Shown: piece by piece, positions 9,497 through 19,001 of the stretch | Numbering within the stretch: the stretch's first letter is position 1 | Layout of the letters: each line of letters begins with the position of its first letter | NCBI GenBank assembly: GCA_025544715.1 | Contig: GCA_025544715.1_4109.1 | From: Escherichia coli | Lineage (GTDB): Bacteria; Pseudomonadota; Gammaproteobacteria; Enterobacterales; Enterobacteriaceae | DNA: 64,000 nt | Strand: one strand, 5' to 3' | Translations under genes and position numbers: made by a program | The notes under the pieces: generated by a model | Database searches by the model: none | Seen by the model: only the letters and a program-made list of their open reading frames with translations | What the model was told of the DNA's origin: nothing

Positions 9497-11746
9497 ATGG
9501 CAGATTTACGAAGTACAGTTGATAATTTTCAAAATGATATTACAAGTATTACTGGTAAGGCTAAAACCACCACATCTAATGCACTTGATAGTTTGAAAGC
9601 TACAGCAAATACATTACAAAATGATGTAAAAACTATTACAAAAAATAATTACAAAGCAAATGTAAGTAATGTAGTATCATTACCAAAACAAAGTGCTAGT
9701 GTCGATCAAGTTTATGAAGATCTAGATTTAAGTCAGTTTGTAATACCGTATGACAATAAATTATTGAAATATGATAATCCAACATGGCACTTTTGTTTAT
9801 TTGCCTTAGATAAAGATGATTTTAAAAACTTTTGGCTTTACCCAGATGCAGAAGTGCAACGACATGTAATATCAGAAAGTGGTGTTACTGGCAAATATAA
9901 TATCACTAGTGTACAAATGACACAAGCTGGCCCGTCAACACCAGGAATGACAACAAACTATTGCTTTAATACAGCAGTACTTAATATGTCTGAAAATAAT
10001 AGTATGAGTCTATATGACGAATTAATTTCGTTAAGTAACAAACTTAGATATCATAAATTCATGGACTTGCCATTGATCTTGGAATTAAAGTTTATTGGCT
10101 TTAATAAAAATGGAATACCTGAAATTATCCCAGAAACAACAAGACGCTGGTCAGTTAAAATTAATAGTGTTACTGCAAGTGCTTCACAAAGTGGTAGTAC
10201 TATGATGTATACTATGAACTTAGTTCATAATAGAGCAGCTTTAGTTGATAACATTGAATGGACATTAAAAGAACCATTCAATTGTACTGCTGAAAACTTT
10301 GGTGACTTCTGTTTTGATTTAGAAGATAAATTAAATCAGATGGCTGACCAACAATATGGTTATCTTAGATATAAATTTGGTGAATTATCCGAAGGTAAAT
10401 TTTTCGAATTTAAAGTAGCTCCTGATTTGCAAGATTTGTTTATAAACTATGATTCTAAACAAATGGCAGAGGCTGGAACAACTAAAAGTGGTGCACAAGG
10501 TTCTAAAAACTTTTCATGGAACCCAAGTACTCCTATATCTCGAATTATTGATGACGTTATTGATACATGTACTGTACAAGCAGATGATAGTACTAGTGTG
10601 CGTCAATTTGTAAACATTATACCAGTTAAACAATACGTTGGTTTTGATAATTATCGTAATACTTCTGTTTATAAAGTAATTTTTTACATTGTTAGATTTA
10701 AAATAGGTGATATTGTTCATGAATCTGATTTACAACCTGAAAATTTCACATTTGAGTACTTTTTTGAGAACGCAGAAAAATACGTAGATCCTAATGATCA
10801 AAAACCAAAAATAAACATGAAAACTTATAATTATCAATTTAGTGGGCTTAATAGTGAGATACTTGATTTGGATTTGAAATTTGATCAGCAATTTTTCGTA
10901 GCCACTACACGTAACCCTGGTCCGATACAAGATGTAGCGAACCATGCAGGTACACATACATCCCAAGAACTCAATATTCAAGGTGTACAATACAATAGTA
11001 TACCAGACGCATGGGCAAAAACAAGTGATTTACGTGTAACTCGTGATTTAGGAGGGATGTTAACACAAGCCCAACAACAATTGTTAACTGAAGTTGAAAC
11101 TTTAGCAAAAAATCAAATGCAGGTTGGTAACGCAGAAGAACAAGACCGTTATAATAACTATCAAGTCAATGTTTTACCTCAATATATTGAAGATTATGTA
11201 ACCACTTATGAAGAAAACGATGGCGGTACTGATGGTGTTGGTCACCGTTATGGTGAAGTGTTCACAATGCCAACCGAAGCAACTAACAATGAAACAACGT
11301 TATCCGCTTCGTTAAACGATAACAGCAGCACATATGAAATGGATAGACGTAAAATACGTGACAACTATTACAATAGACCTTTTTTGTGTAAACTCGATAT
11401 GCGTGTAGTAGGCGACCCGTACTGGTTAGGGTGGAGTGATTACTCTTACTTACAATATCTAGAACAAGTAATTAATGGTGAAGATATGGAAATTAACCCA
11501 GATGATTATCATGTAGCAAATTATATAACATCTGAAGCGTATCTATTACTAAAATTACAACCAGTAATATCAATAAATGATAACACTGGTGTTTTGGATA
11601 TTAATACACCAACTACATTTAACCAAACAATTTATCGTGTTAATAAAATTGTTCATGATTTTGGTGCAGGTGGTTCTTTTACACAACAAATTCAAGCTGC
11701 AATTGTAATTCGTGCACTCAAACGTCACGATAGTATAGTTGATTAA
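9497..11746 (+). CDS. Structural protein, candidate baseplate hub component
   Basis: 749 aa ORF immediately upstream of the central spike gene, same operon; helical N-terminus. Function assigned by position only. Confidence 0.45.
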   Translation: MADLRSTVDNFQNDITSITGKAKTTTSNALDSLKATANTLQNDVKTITKNNYKANVSNVVSLPKQSASVDQVYEDLDLSQFVIPYDNKLLKYDNPTWHFCLFALDKDDFKNFWLYPDAEVQRHVISESGVTGKYNITSVQMTQAGPSTPGMTTNYCFNTAVLNMSENNSMSLYDELISLSNKLRYHKFMDLPLILELKFIGFNKNGIPEIIPETTRRWSVKINSVTASASQSGSTMMYTMNLVHNRAALVDNIEWTLKEPFNCTAENFGDFCFDLEDKLNQMADQQYGYLRYKFGELSEGKFFEFKVAPDLQDLFINYDSKQMAEAGTTKSGAQGSKNFSWNPSTPISRIIDDVIDTCTVQADDSTSVRQFVNIIPVKQYVGFDNYRNTSVYKVIFYIVRFKIGDIVHESDLQPENFTFEYFFENAEKYVDPNDQKPKINMKTYNYQFSGLNSEILDLDLKFDQQFFVATTRNPGPIQDVANHAGTHTSQELNIQGVQYNSIPDAWAKTSDLRVTRDLGGMLTQAQQQLLTEVETLAKNQMQVGNAEEQDRYNNYQVNVLPQYIEDYVTTYEENDGGTDGVGHRYGEVFTMPTEATNNETTLSASLNDNSSTYEMDRRKIRDNYYNRPFLCKLDMRVVGDPYWLGWSDYSYLQYLEQVINGEDMEINPDDYHVANYITSEAYLLLKLQPVISINDNTGVLDINTPTTFNQTIYRVNKIVHDFGAGGSFTQQIQAAIVIRALKRHDSIVD

Positions 11747-11759
11747 GGAATAAAATATT

Positions 11760-14423
11760 ATGGCAGATACAAGTAAAAAGTATGCACAACAGCAGTTGGG
11801 TCGTTTTGACCCATCTTATCCGCAGTTAGCAACTGTTATGGATAACAGAGATCCAACTAAATCAGGAAAACTGAAAGTTTGGATACAAGGTTCACAGAGT
11901 GATAAAAACTCAAAAGAATCATGGATAGAAGCATCTTACATGTCTCCTTTTGCTGGCAAAACACCAGGCATTCCAAGTGCTGATGCATATGGTCAATATC
12001 CAAAAGGATACGGTTTTTGGGCAGTACCACCAGATGTAGGGTGTACAGTTGTTGTAATTTTTGCACAAGCCCGTACATTCCAAGCATATTGGATTGGTTG
12101 TGTATATGACCAGCGTATGAATACTATGGTTCCAGGTATGGCAACTGAAGTAAGTAATTATGGTGGAACTGATATGCCACTTCCTGTTACTGACTATGAT
12201 CGTAACACTATCACTACCGATATGCAAGACAAATATGCTAACGTTCCAATCATCGCAGGTCTTAAAAAGCAAAACCTTTTATATGACGAAGAAGCTGGGT
12301 TGGCGAATCGTAGTAGTACTCGACAAACCACAAGTACTGTATATGGGATGTCATCACCGCGTGGAAATAGTTTCATTATTGATGATGGATATACTGAAGA
12401 GGAATTAACTGCACCCACATGGGATCAAGACCCAGATGGATATCAAGATACGCAATTTAATAACCCAGTAAACGATACCCGTGTTGGTTCTCGTAAAAAT
12501 GAAGGTGTTGTAATAAAAACACGTAGTGGTGCACAACTTCTTTTATCAGAAGCAACTGGTGATGTTCTTTTAATTAACCGTGACGGTACTGCACGTATTA
12601 AATTCACTGGTGAAGGTGATATTGACATGCATTGTGACAAGAATATCAATATTCGTGCAGGACAAGATATTAATATTACGGCTGGACGTTCATACAACAT
12701 TGAAACCGGACAAGATTTCAATGCACGCGTTGGTGCAAATACTAAATTAGATCTAATTGGTGCTCTTGATGCAAAAGTTGGTGGACAAGTGGTGGTTAAT
12801 TCAGGTGCTGACCTTCGTTTAGTTACGGCTGCATCATTGCGTATGCAAAGTGGTAGCAGTACTGATATTACTGCTGGTTCAAATGCGTCTATTTCTGCTT
12901 CTACATCTGCAAACTTAATTGGTTCATCTTCAGCAATTGTTAGTGGTGGAGGTCAAACATTAACAGTTAATAGTGGTGGTAATAGCGGTACTGCTGAATT
13001 TACTGCACCAAATTTCAGAACACCATCTGCTGGTCTTAATGAACACATTCATGATATTGCCGCTTGGGTTAATGCTGAAAATCATGGTAGTTATGTTGAA
13101 CCACCAAGACAAGGTGGGGGGAGTGGCTCAAGTGAATCACCAGTTCAACCCCAGCCAGCAAACGATGTATCACCAGAACTACCAGTTGCACAAGATACAG
13201 AAGCTGTTCAGTTTGTAAACTATACATCAGAAACTGAACAAGTGCAATCTCAAGATTTAATGACATCTGACCCTGGAATGACTGGATATAGTATTACATA
13301 TGAAGGTTTACATATGTTCATGCCATGTAGTGGTACTATTCGCCAATATGGTTATTGGGGGAAAGGTGTTCCAACACAAAGTGGTGGGAAGTCAGATCGT
13401 TCTGGATGGGAAATACAATGTAAAGGTGACATAGTTGCACCCGATGGTGGTGTAATAGTAATTACTAATGGTGCACTGTTAATACAACATAAGTCAGGAT
13501 ATAAATCTGTATTTTATAATATTCAATCTGATTTATTAAACAAAGATGTTGTTCAAAAAGGACAAGTTGTTGGTAAAGCAAATGGTGTTATACAGTTTGA
13601 AATACGTGTTACATCAGCTAACGTGCTTGGTTTTAGCGGTTCAGTTGATCCTGGTCTATTTTATGCATCTCAAACTGGTACTGGTTCTGACGCAGCCAAT
13701 AAAACATTAATTGCAGGAAAAGCAACCAATCAATCTGCACCTCAAGCAGTAGTGCAACCTTCTGTTGATAGTGATGAATTAGTAGTTACTACAAAAATTA
13801 AAACAATTGGTACAGGTTATTCACAACGTGGTTCACGACATGTTCCTCGTCGAAGAAGAACACAAAGAAGTGGTGTTTCAACTACGCCAGTTGAGCAACC
13901 AACTTATAATATAGGTAATGTTGATAAAACAGCCATAGATTGGAAAGTTGTTCCAGGTGATGCTCAGTTTATTTCTGAATTAAAAGAATATGAGGGTACA
14001 TTACAATATCAACAAGCAAAGGGATATTATCGTAATGGTAAGTTCTGGCGTTATTTAGACAGTCGTGGATATCCAACTATTGGTTACGGTCACTTAATTG
14101 TTAGCGGTGAAAACTTCTCTGATGGAATAACTGAACAACAAGCAAATGATATGTTAGTTCGTGATAGTAGTAAAGCAATTTATGATGCCAAATCAATTTA
14201 TGCTTCATATAACATGAAAACTCCTTATCTTGCTCAACAAGTACTATGCCAAATGGTATTTCAGATGGGTAAAGGTGGTGTATTGAAATTTAAAACTATG
14301 TTATCAGAAATGGCAAAAGGTAATTATAAACAAGCAGCGGCACAAATTCGTAATTCTGCTTGGTATCGCCAAACCACACGCCGTGCGGAGTTAATGGCTC
14401 GTCGTTTGGAGGCATGTCAATAA
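11760..14423 (+). CDS. Central baseplate spike (gpV/gp5/VgrG-like) with beta-helix, degenerate M23-like domain and C-terminal GH24 lysozyme
   Basis: 887 aa. N-terminal OB-like region (GKLKVWIQG...GFWAVPPDVGCTVVVIF...YWIGCVY); repeat-rich beta-helix-like stretch (NINIRAGQDINITAGRSYNIETGQDFNARVG...); Gly/Ser/Pro linker; LytM-like segment lacking the HxxxD and HxH zinc ligands; C-terminal lysozyme (EYEGT...YLDSRGYPTIGYGH). Confidence 0.8.
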   Translation: MADTSKKYAQQQLGRFDPSYPQLATVMDNRDPTKSGKLKVWIQGSQSDKNSKESWIEASYMSPFAGKTPGIPSADAYGQYPKGYGFWAVPPDVGCTVVVIFAQARTFQAYWIGCVYDQRMNTMVPGMATEVSNYGGTDMPLPVTDYDRNTITTDMQDKYANVPIIAGLKKQNLLYDEEAGLANRSSTRQTTSTVYGMSSPRGNSFIIDDGYTEEELTAPTWDQDPDGYQDTQFNNPVNDTRVGSRKNEGVVIKTRSGAQLLLSEATGDVLLINRDGTARIKFTGEGDIDMHCDKNINIRAGQDINITAGRSYNIETGQDFNARVGANTKLDLIGALDAKVGGQVVVNSGADLRLVTAASLRMQSGSSTDITAGSNASISASTSANLIGSSSAIVSGGGQTLTVNSGGNSGTAEFTAPNFRTPSAGLNEHIHDIAAWVNAENHGSYVEPPRQGGGSGSSESPVQPQPANDVSPELPVAQDTEAVQFVNYTSETEQVQSQDLMTSDPGMTGYSITYEGLHMFMPCSGTIRQYGYWGKGVPTQSGGKSDRSGWEIQCKGDIVAPDGGVIVITNGALLIQHKSGYKSVFYNIQSDLLNKDVVQKGQVVGKANGVIQFEIRVTSANVLGFSGSVDPGLFYASQTGTGSDAANKTLIAGKATNQSAPQAVVQPSVDSDELVVTTKIKTIGTGYSQRGSRHVPRRRRTQRSGVSTTPVEQPTYNIGNVDKTAIDWKVVPGDAQFISELKEYEGTLQYQQAKGYYRNGKFWRYLDSRGYPTIGYGHLIVSGENFSDGITEQQANDMLVRDSSKAIYDAKSIYASYNMKTPYLAQQVLCQMVFQMGKGGVLKFKTMLSEMAKGNYKQAAAQIRNSAWYRQTTRRAELMARRLEACQ

Positions 14424-14435
14424 ATATTTTAGCAC

Positions 14436-14443
14436 TATAAATA
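14436..14443 (+). promoter_or_regulatory. T4-type late promoter motif TATAAATA
   Basis: Exact TATAAATA 17 nt upstream of the lysozyme ATG at 14460. Confidence 0.5.
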
Positions 14444-14459
14444 AAACGAGGATATCTTT

Positions 14460-14948
14460 ATGAGTAAATGGGAAATTAAAAATACAGATGAGCAATTTTT
14501 TAAGGAAATTAAAGAATTTGAAGGAACTATTGCTTATCAGAAAAAACTTGGTTATTTTAAAAATGATAAGTTTTGGGTATATAAAGACAGTTTAGGTCTT
14601 GATACTATTGGTTATGGTCATCTAGTTCTTCCTGGTGAAAATTTCAAGAATGGTTTGACCGAAGCTCAAGCTGACCAACTTCTTCTCAAAGATGCTCAAA
14701 CTGCGTACAATGATGCAAAATCAATTTATGAACAATTCGGTATGACCGCACCAGTACAGGTACAACGTGTATTATGGTTAATGGTATTCCAAATGGGAAA
14801 AACCAAAGTTTTGAAATTTAAAAAAGCAATGACCGCATTAGGTAAAGCTGATTACAAAACTGCTGGTAAAGAATTGCGTGATAGTACATGGTATAAACAA
14901 ACCACTTCACGAGCGGAAAAGATGGCACGTATCGTTGAATCCGTATAA
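14460..14948 (+). CDS. Lysozyme, glycoside hydrolase family 24 (T4/P22 type); probable endolysin
   Basis: 162 aa; EFEGT...YKDSLGLDTIGYGH catalytic region; paralogous to the C-terminal domain of the spike; TATAAATA at 14436-14443 and GAGG RBS upstream. Confidence 0.85.
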   Translation: MSKWEIKNTDEQFFKEIKEFEGTIAYQKKLGYFKNDKFWVYKDSLGLDTIGYGHLVLPGENFKNGLTEAQADQLLLKDAQTAYNDAKSIYEQFGMTAPVQVQRVLWLMVFQMGKTKVLKFKKAMTALGKADYKTAGKELRDSTWYKQTTSRAEKMARIVESV

Positions 14949-14963
14949 TAAAGGAAATAGACA

Positions 14964-15359
14964 ATGGCAGTTGTTTTTAAAGGGTTTTCTACCCCTGTAG
15001 TTGGTAGAACTGAAACATTGTATGATAGTGAATTGGTTCGCCAAGATTTAATGAATCATTTCAATACAAAAAAAGGTGAACGAGCATTTGATGCTGACTA
15101 TGGGTTTATTGCATGGGATTTGCTATTTGAATTGGAAGGTTATAATACTATCAACCTTTTAGAAGCAGATGCCCGTAGAATAATTAGCTTAGACCCACGT
15201 TTAAATCTTAAAAAATTACAAATTTCAAGAATAGAATATGGATACCAAATGAATATTGTATTACAGTACGTAGTATTGGACACATTAGAAGAACTTACTA
15301 TAGTATTTGATGCAAGAAGTAATAATCGAATGGCAACATATTCAGTTTCGTCTTTATAA
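14964..15359 (+). CDS. Baseplate wedge protein, gp25 / P2 gpW-like
   Basis: 131 aa; segment TKKGERAFDADYGFIAWDLLFE resembles the gp25 family core (RKGSRPFDPEFG...LFE, recalled from memory); sits between spike and gp6/J-like gene as in P2 (V-W-J). Confidence 0.65.
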   Translation: MAVVFKGFSTPVVGRTETLYDSELVRQDLMNHFNTKKGERAFDADYGFIAWDLLFELEGYNTINLLEADARRIISLDPRLNLKKLQISRIEYGYQMNIVLQYVVLDTLEELTIVFDARSNNRMATYSVSSL

Positions 15360-15365
15360 TTATAA

Positions 15366-15393
15366 AAGCACTCTTCGGAGTGCTTTTCTTTTT
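15366..15393 (+). terminator. Rho-independent terminator
   Basis: AAGCACTC-ttcg-GAGTGCTT followed by TTCTTTTT. Confidence 0.8.
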
Positions 15394-15460
15394 GAATAAA
15401 TATTTCTATATATAATTCCCAGTACTGAACTAGTACTTTACTGATTTAAAGGAATAAATT

Positions 15461-18400
15461 ATGTCACAACAAAAAAGGCAATCAAATTTATACGCTGGTG
15501 AGGATTGGACTCAAGTATATGAAAGTTTTTATAAAATCAATCTAACAGCTTATGATTTCGATACTATCCGTCAGAGTATGATTGATTATCTACGTGCAAC
15601 TTACCCAGACTCATTCAACGACTGGATCGAAAACGACCAGTTTATTTTTATTTTAGATACGATTTCTATGCTAGGTCAGAACTTGGCATTTCGTATGGAT
15701 TTGAACACACGTGAAAACTTTTTAGATACTGCAACTCGTCGTGCATCAGTACTAAAACTAGCTAAAATGATTTCTTACTCACCACGCCGCTCATATCCAG
15801 GTCGTGCAGTTGCTAAATTAACCGAAATTAAAACAAACCAAGATGTTCGTAATAGTTTTAATGAATCATTAAAAGATAAAATCATTCGTTGGAATGACCC
15901 GATGGATGCTAACTGGTATGAAAACTTTATTCTAGTAATGAACAGTTCATTTGTCAGTACTAACCAATTTGGTAATCCAGTCAAGCGTATTGATGTTAAT
16001 GGTGTCTCCCGTCAACTATATCGAATGAACACCATCCCAATGACAGCACCCAGTATTCCATTTATTGCAACTGTCAATGGTGAATCTATGACATTTGAAG
16101 TAGTGAATCCTGACATTACGTCTGTTGGTGTTGAAGAACGACATCCAGAACCACAAGAGCAAAAATATATTGTTTATCAAAATGATGGTAATGGATTTAG
16201 CTCACCAAATACTGGGTTTTTTGTATATTTCGTACAAGGTACATTAACATATCAAGATTATCAATATGCTATCCGTGAAGAGAACCGTATACAAGATATT
16301 AACGTTGATAATATCAACGAAACTGATGTATGGGTTCAAGAAATAAATGAAGATGGTATTGTTCGTACCAAATGGACAAAAGTTCCATCAATGGAAAGTA
16401 TTGCATATAACACTGTTAATCGTCAATTAAAAACAATTTTTGCTGTTACTACTCGTGATAAAGACCAAATAACAATTAAGTACCCAGACTCAAGAAGTGG
16501 TGTTGTTCCCCGTGGGACGTTCCGTGTATGGTATCGTGTTAGTAATGGTAAAACATATAACATTAAAACTTCTGAAATTCAAAACAAAAGCGTAAAATAT
16601 ACATATCGCACAAAAACACAGTCAAGTTATGAATCTAGTACATTGGATATACGTTTTTCATTACAATATGAGTCTGACCGTGCACAAAGTGCCGAAACTA
16701 TTGAGCAAATTAAAGCACGTGCACCACAAATGTACTATACCCAAAACCGTTTTGTCAATGGTGAAGATTATAATATAGCACCACTTAGTTTAGGAAATAC
16801 TGTACTTAAATCTAAAGCTATTAATAGAATTTATAGTGGTCAATCAAGGTTCATTGATATCAATGATCCTACGGGTAAGTATCAGAATACCGACGTTTTT
16901 AGTGATGATGGTGCATTATATCAAGAAAACACGCAATTTAATAGATCGTTATTGCTCCCAACTACAAAAACAAATGCTAGTATTGTTATTGACAATATTC
17001 AACCATTGATTGGGGAAAATGCAGTAATACAACGTTACCAAGCGTATCCATCCAATACAATTGGTATTGAAATACAACAAGCATGGACTCCTGTGTACAA
17101 TTCAAATTACACAACCAATACATATGGCAGAATTTTGGGTTCGTCTGGAACAGTGTATGGTTCGTATCAGGTAGGTACTCTTATTAAATTTTCTAATTCT
17201 GGTACTACGATATGGGCAAGTGTTGTAAGTGTGTTAGATAATGGTTTTTATGTACTAAGCACATCTGTTCCTAGTGGAATGCAAGCAATAGAGTACATAT
17301 TACCATATAGAACTAGATTTAACACAGTTGAAGTTCAGTCTATTTCTGCTATGTTGGATAAAAAAACCGATTTTGTAATTGTACATGATAAAGAAACAAC
17401 TTCATGGGTTCCAATCGAAGCAAGTACTAATGACGATACTATTGTGTATAATGGTAATGAAGTTTTAATTATAATAAATGTAAAATATACTGCTGAAACT
17501 TGGGAATTTGATGCTAATGGTATTGAATATATATTTGTGGGTGGGGATAAAGTAAGATTTTATTTTGTATCATCTAAAAAAATCACTGATATAAGTACTG
17601 GTACAGTTCAAAGTGATAAGATTGAAATTTTATCATCTAACACTACTAGTAGTAGTAATTCAGGATTGACAAGTAATATAGATTTTCAAATTTATGACAC
17701 AATTCAACAAGAGAATGGCTATCTAGATGGTTCTCGTGTTATTGTTACATCTAGAAAAGTAGATAGTAATGGTATACCGTTGGAACCAAACCAATTTAAA
17801 GAAATTGTTCCTACCTGGACAGGAACTGATGCATTAAAATATGGTGGTATTTTGGTATTTCAGGAAAATAGTGATTTCACTATATCAGTACTGTCTTTAC
17901 CAAATGATACCTTCACACTTCTTGATTCATCGTGGTCTTATACAATGGAACAAGCCTTGGCAGAGCCGAATGCATATAAAAGAACTGAATTTGTTAGAAA
18001 TAACGCAATTCGTTCAACCACATTGAGTGGATTATATAGTAAAGGTTCTGGATTTTTAGTTGGTTTTAACTATGATGGTAAATATTATTTTATTGAACAA
18101 ACAGTTGGCAATAACAATGATCGTTTGGGACAACTAATTAGTAATTTAACTTATTCCGATGATACTGGCACTGTTAGTCCTGAATTGGCTTTTTATCGTG
18201 CAATTAATAACATGGGAACTAATGCTGACGAGAATCAGAAGCTAGATTATTATGGATACAAAGATGTTACTTCACAGTACACTGTTAAAACTAATGCACG
18301 TACTAGTATAGACTTCCATTGGAAACACTATGCACCTGACGACAATAGAATTGATCCTAGTAGAACAAACTTAATTGATATGTATGTATTAACCAATTCA

Positions 18401-18922
18401 TATAAAACTGAAGTTGACGTTTGGTTGAAAAATAATGCTGTTGGTAGTATTCCTAAACCACCAACATCGGTTGAATTGAAAGATATGTTCAAAGATGTTG
18501 AACAAAAAATAGTCATTAGTGATAGTATCATTTGGCATAGTGCTGAGTACTTACCTTTATTTGGAAACAGTGCTGCTGAAGATTACAAAGCTGATTTTAA
18601 AGTAGTGAAATTACCAAACAGCACAATGAGTGATGATGAAATTCGTCAAAATGTCATAGCATTAACTAATGAATACTTCAATGTTGATAACTGGGATTTC
18701 GGTGAAAGTTTCTATTATACTGATTTGTGTACTTACATACACTCACAGTTAGGTAGACATATTAGTACTATTGTTATAGTTGCACAAAATCCAAATTCAA
18801 AATTTGGCTCTCTATTTGAAATCCCTTCACGTTCAGACCAAATATTCTTGAGTACTGCATCTGTTGAAAATGTTCAAATTGTTAACTCACTAGCTAAAAG
18901 TAATATTAATATCGGTTCTTAA
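15461..18922 (+). CDS. Large baseplate wedge protein, candidate gp6 / P2 gpJ-like
   Basis: 1153 aa ORF with AAGGA RBS; follows the gp25/W-like gene; strong terminator downstream. Confidence 0.5.
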   Translation: MSQQKRQSNLYAGEDWTQVYESFYKINLTAYDFDTIRQSMIDYLRATYPDSFNDWIENDQFIFILDTISMLGQNLAFRMDLNTRENFLDTATRRASVLKLAKMISYSPRRSYPGRAVAKLTEIKTNQDVRNSFNESLKDKIIRWNDPMDANWYENFILVMNSSFVSTNQFGNPVKRIDVNGVSRQLYRMNTIPMTAPSIPFIATVNGESMTFEVVNPDITSVGVEERHPEPQEQKYIVYQNDGNGFSSPNTGFFVYFVQGTLTYQDYQYAIREENRIQDINVDNINETDVWVQEINEDGIVRTKWTKVPSMESIAYNTVNRQLKTIFAVTTRDKDQITIKYPDSRSGVVPRGTFRVWYRVSNGKTYNIKTSEIQNKSVKYTYRTKTQSSYESSTLDIRFSLQYESDRAQSAETIEQIKARAPQMYYTQNRFVNGEDYNIAPLSLGNTVLKSKAINRIYSGQSRFIDINDPTGKYQNTDVFSDDGALYQENTQFNRSLLLPTTKTNASIVIDNIQPLIGENAVIQRYQAYPSNTIGIEIQQAWTPVYNSNYTTNTYGRILGSSGTVYGSYQVGTLIKFSNSGTTIWASVVSVLDNGFYVLSTSVPSGMQAIEYILPYRTRFNTVEVQSISAMLDKKTDFVIVHDKETTSWVPIEASTNDDTIVYNGNEVLIIINVKYTAETWEFDANGIEYIFVGGDKVRFYFVSSKKITDISTGTVQSDKIEILSSNTTSSSNSGLTSNIDFQIYDTIQQENGYLDGSRVIVTSRKVDSNGIPLEPNQFKEIVPTWTGTDALKYGGILVFQENSDFTISVLSLPNDTFTLLDSSWSYTMEQALAEPNAYKRTEFVRNNAIRSTTLSGLYSKGSGFLVGFNYDGKYYFIEQTVGNNNDRLGQLISNLTYSDDTGTVSPELAFYRAINNMGTNADENQKLDYYGYKDVTSQYTVKTNARTSIDFHWKHYAPDDNRIDPSRTNLIDMYVLTNSYKTEVDVWLKNNAVGSIPKPPTSVELKDMFKDVEQKIVISDSIIWHSAEYLPLFGNSAAEDYKADFKVVKLPNSTMSDDEIRQNVIALTNEYFNVDNWDFGESFYYTDLCTYIHSQLGRHISTIVIVAQNPNSKFGSLFEIPSRSDQIFLSTASVENVQIVNSLAKSNINIGS

Positions 18923-18929
18923 TATAACG

Positions 18930-18955
18930 GGCGTTCTTCGGAACGCCTTTTTTAT
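18930..18955 (+). terminator. Rho-independent terminator
   Basis: GGCGTTC-ttcg-GAACGCC followed by TTTTTTAT. Confidence 0.85.
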
Positions 18956-19001
18956 ATCATAAATAAATCAAATGAATGAACGAATTATATGGAGTCCAAA
19001 A

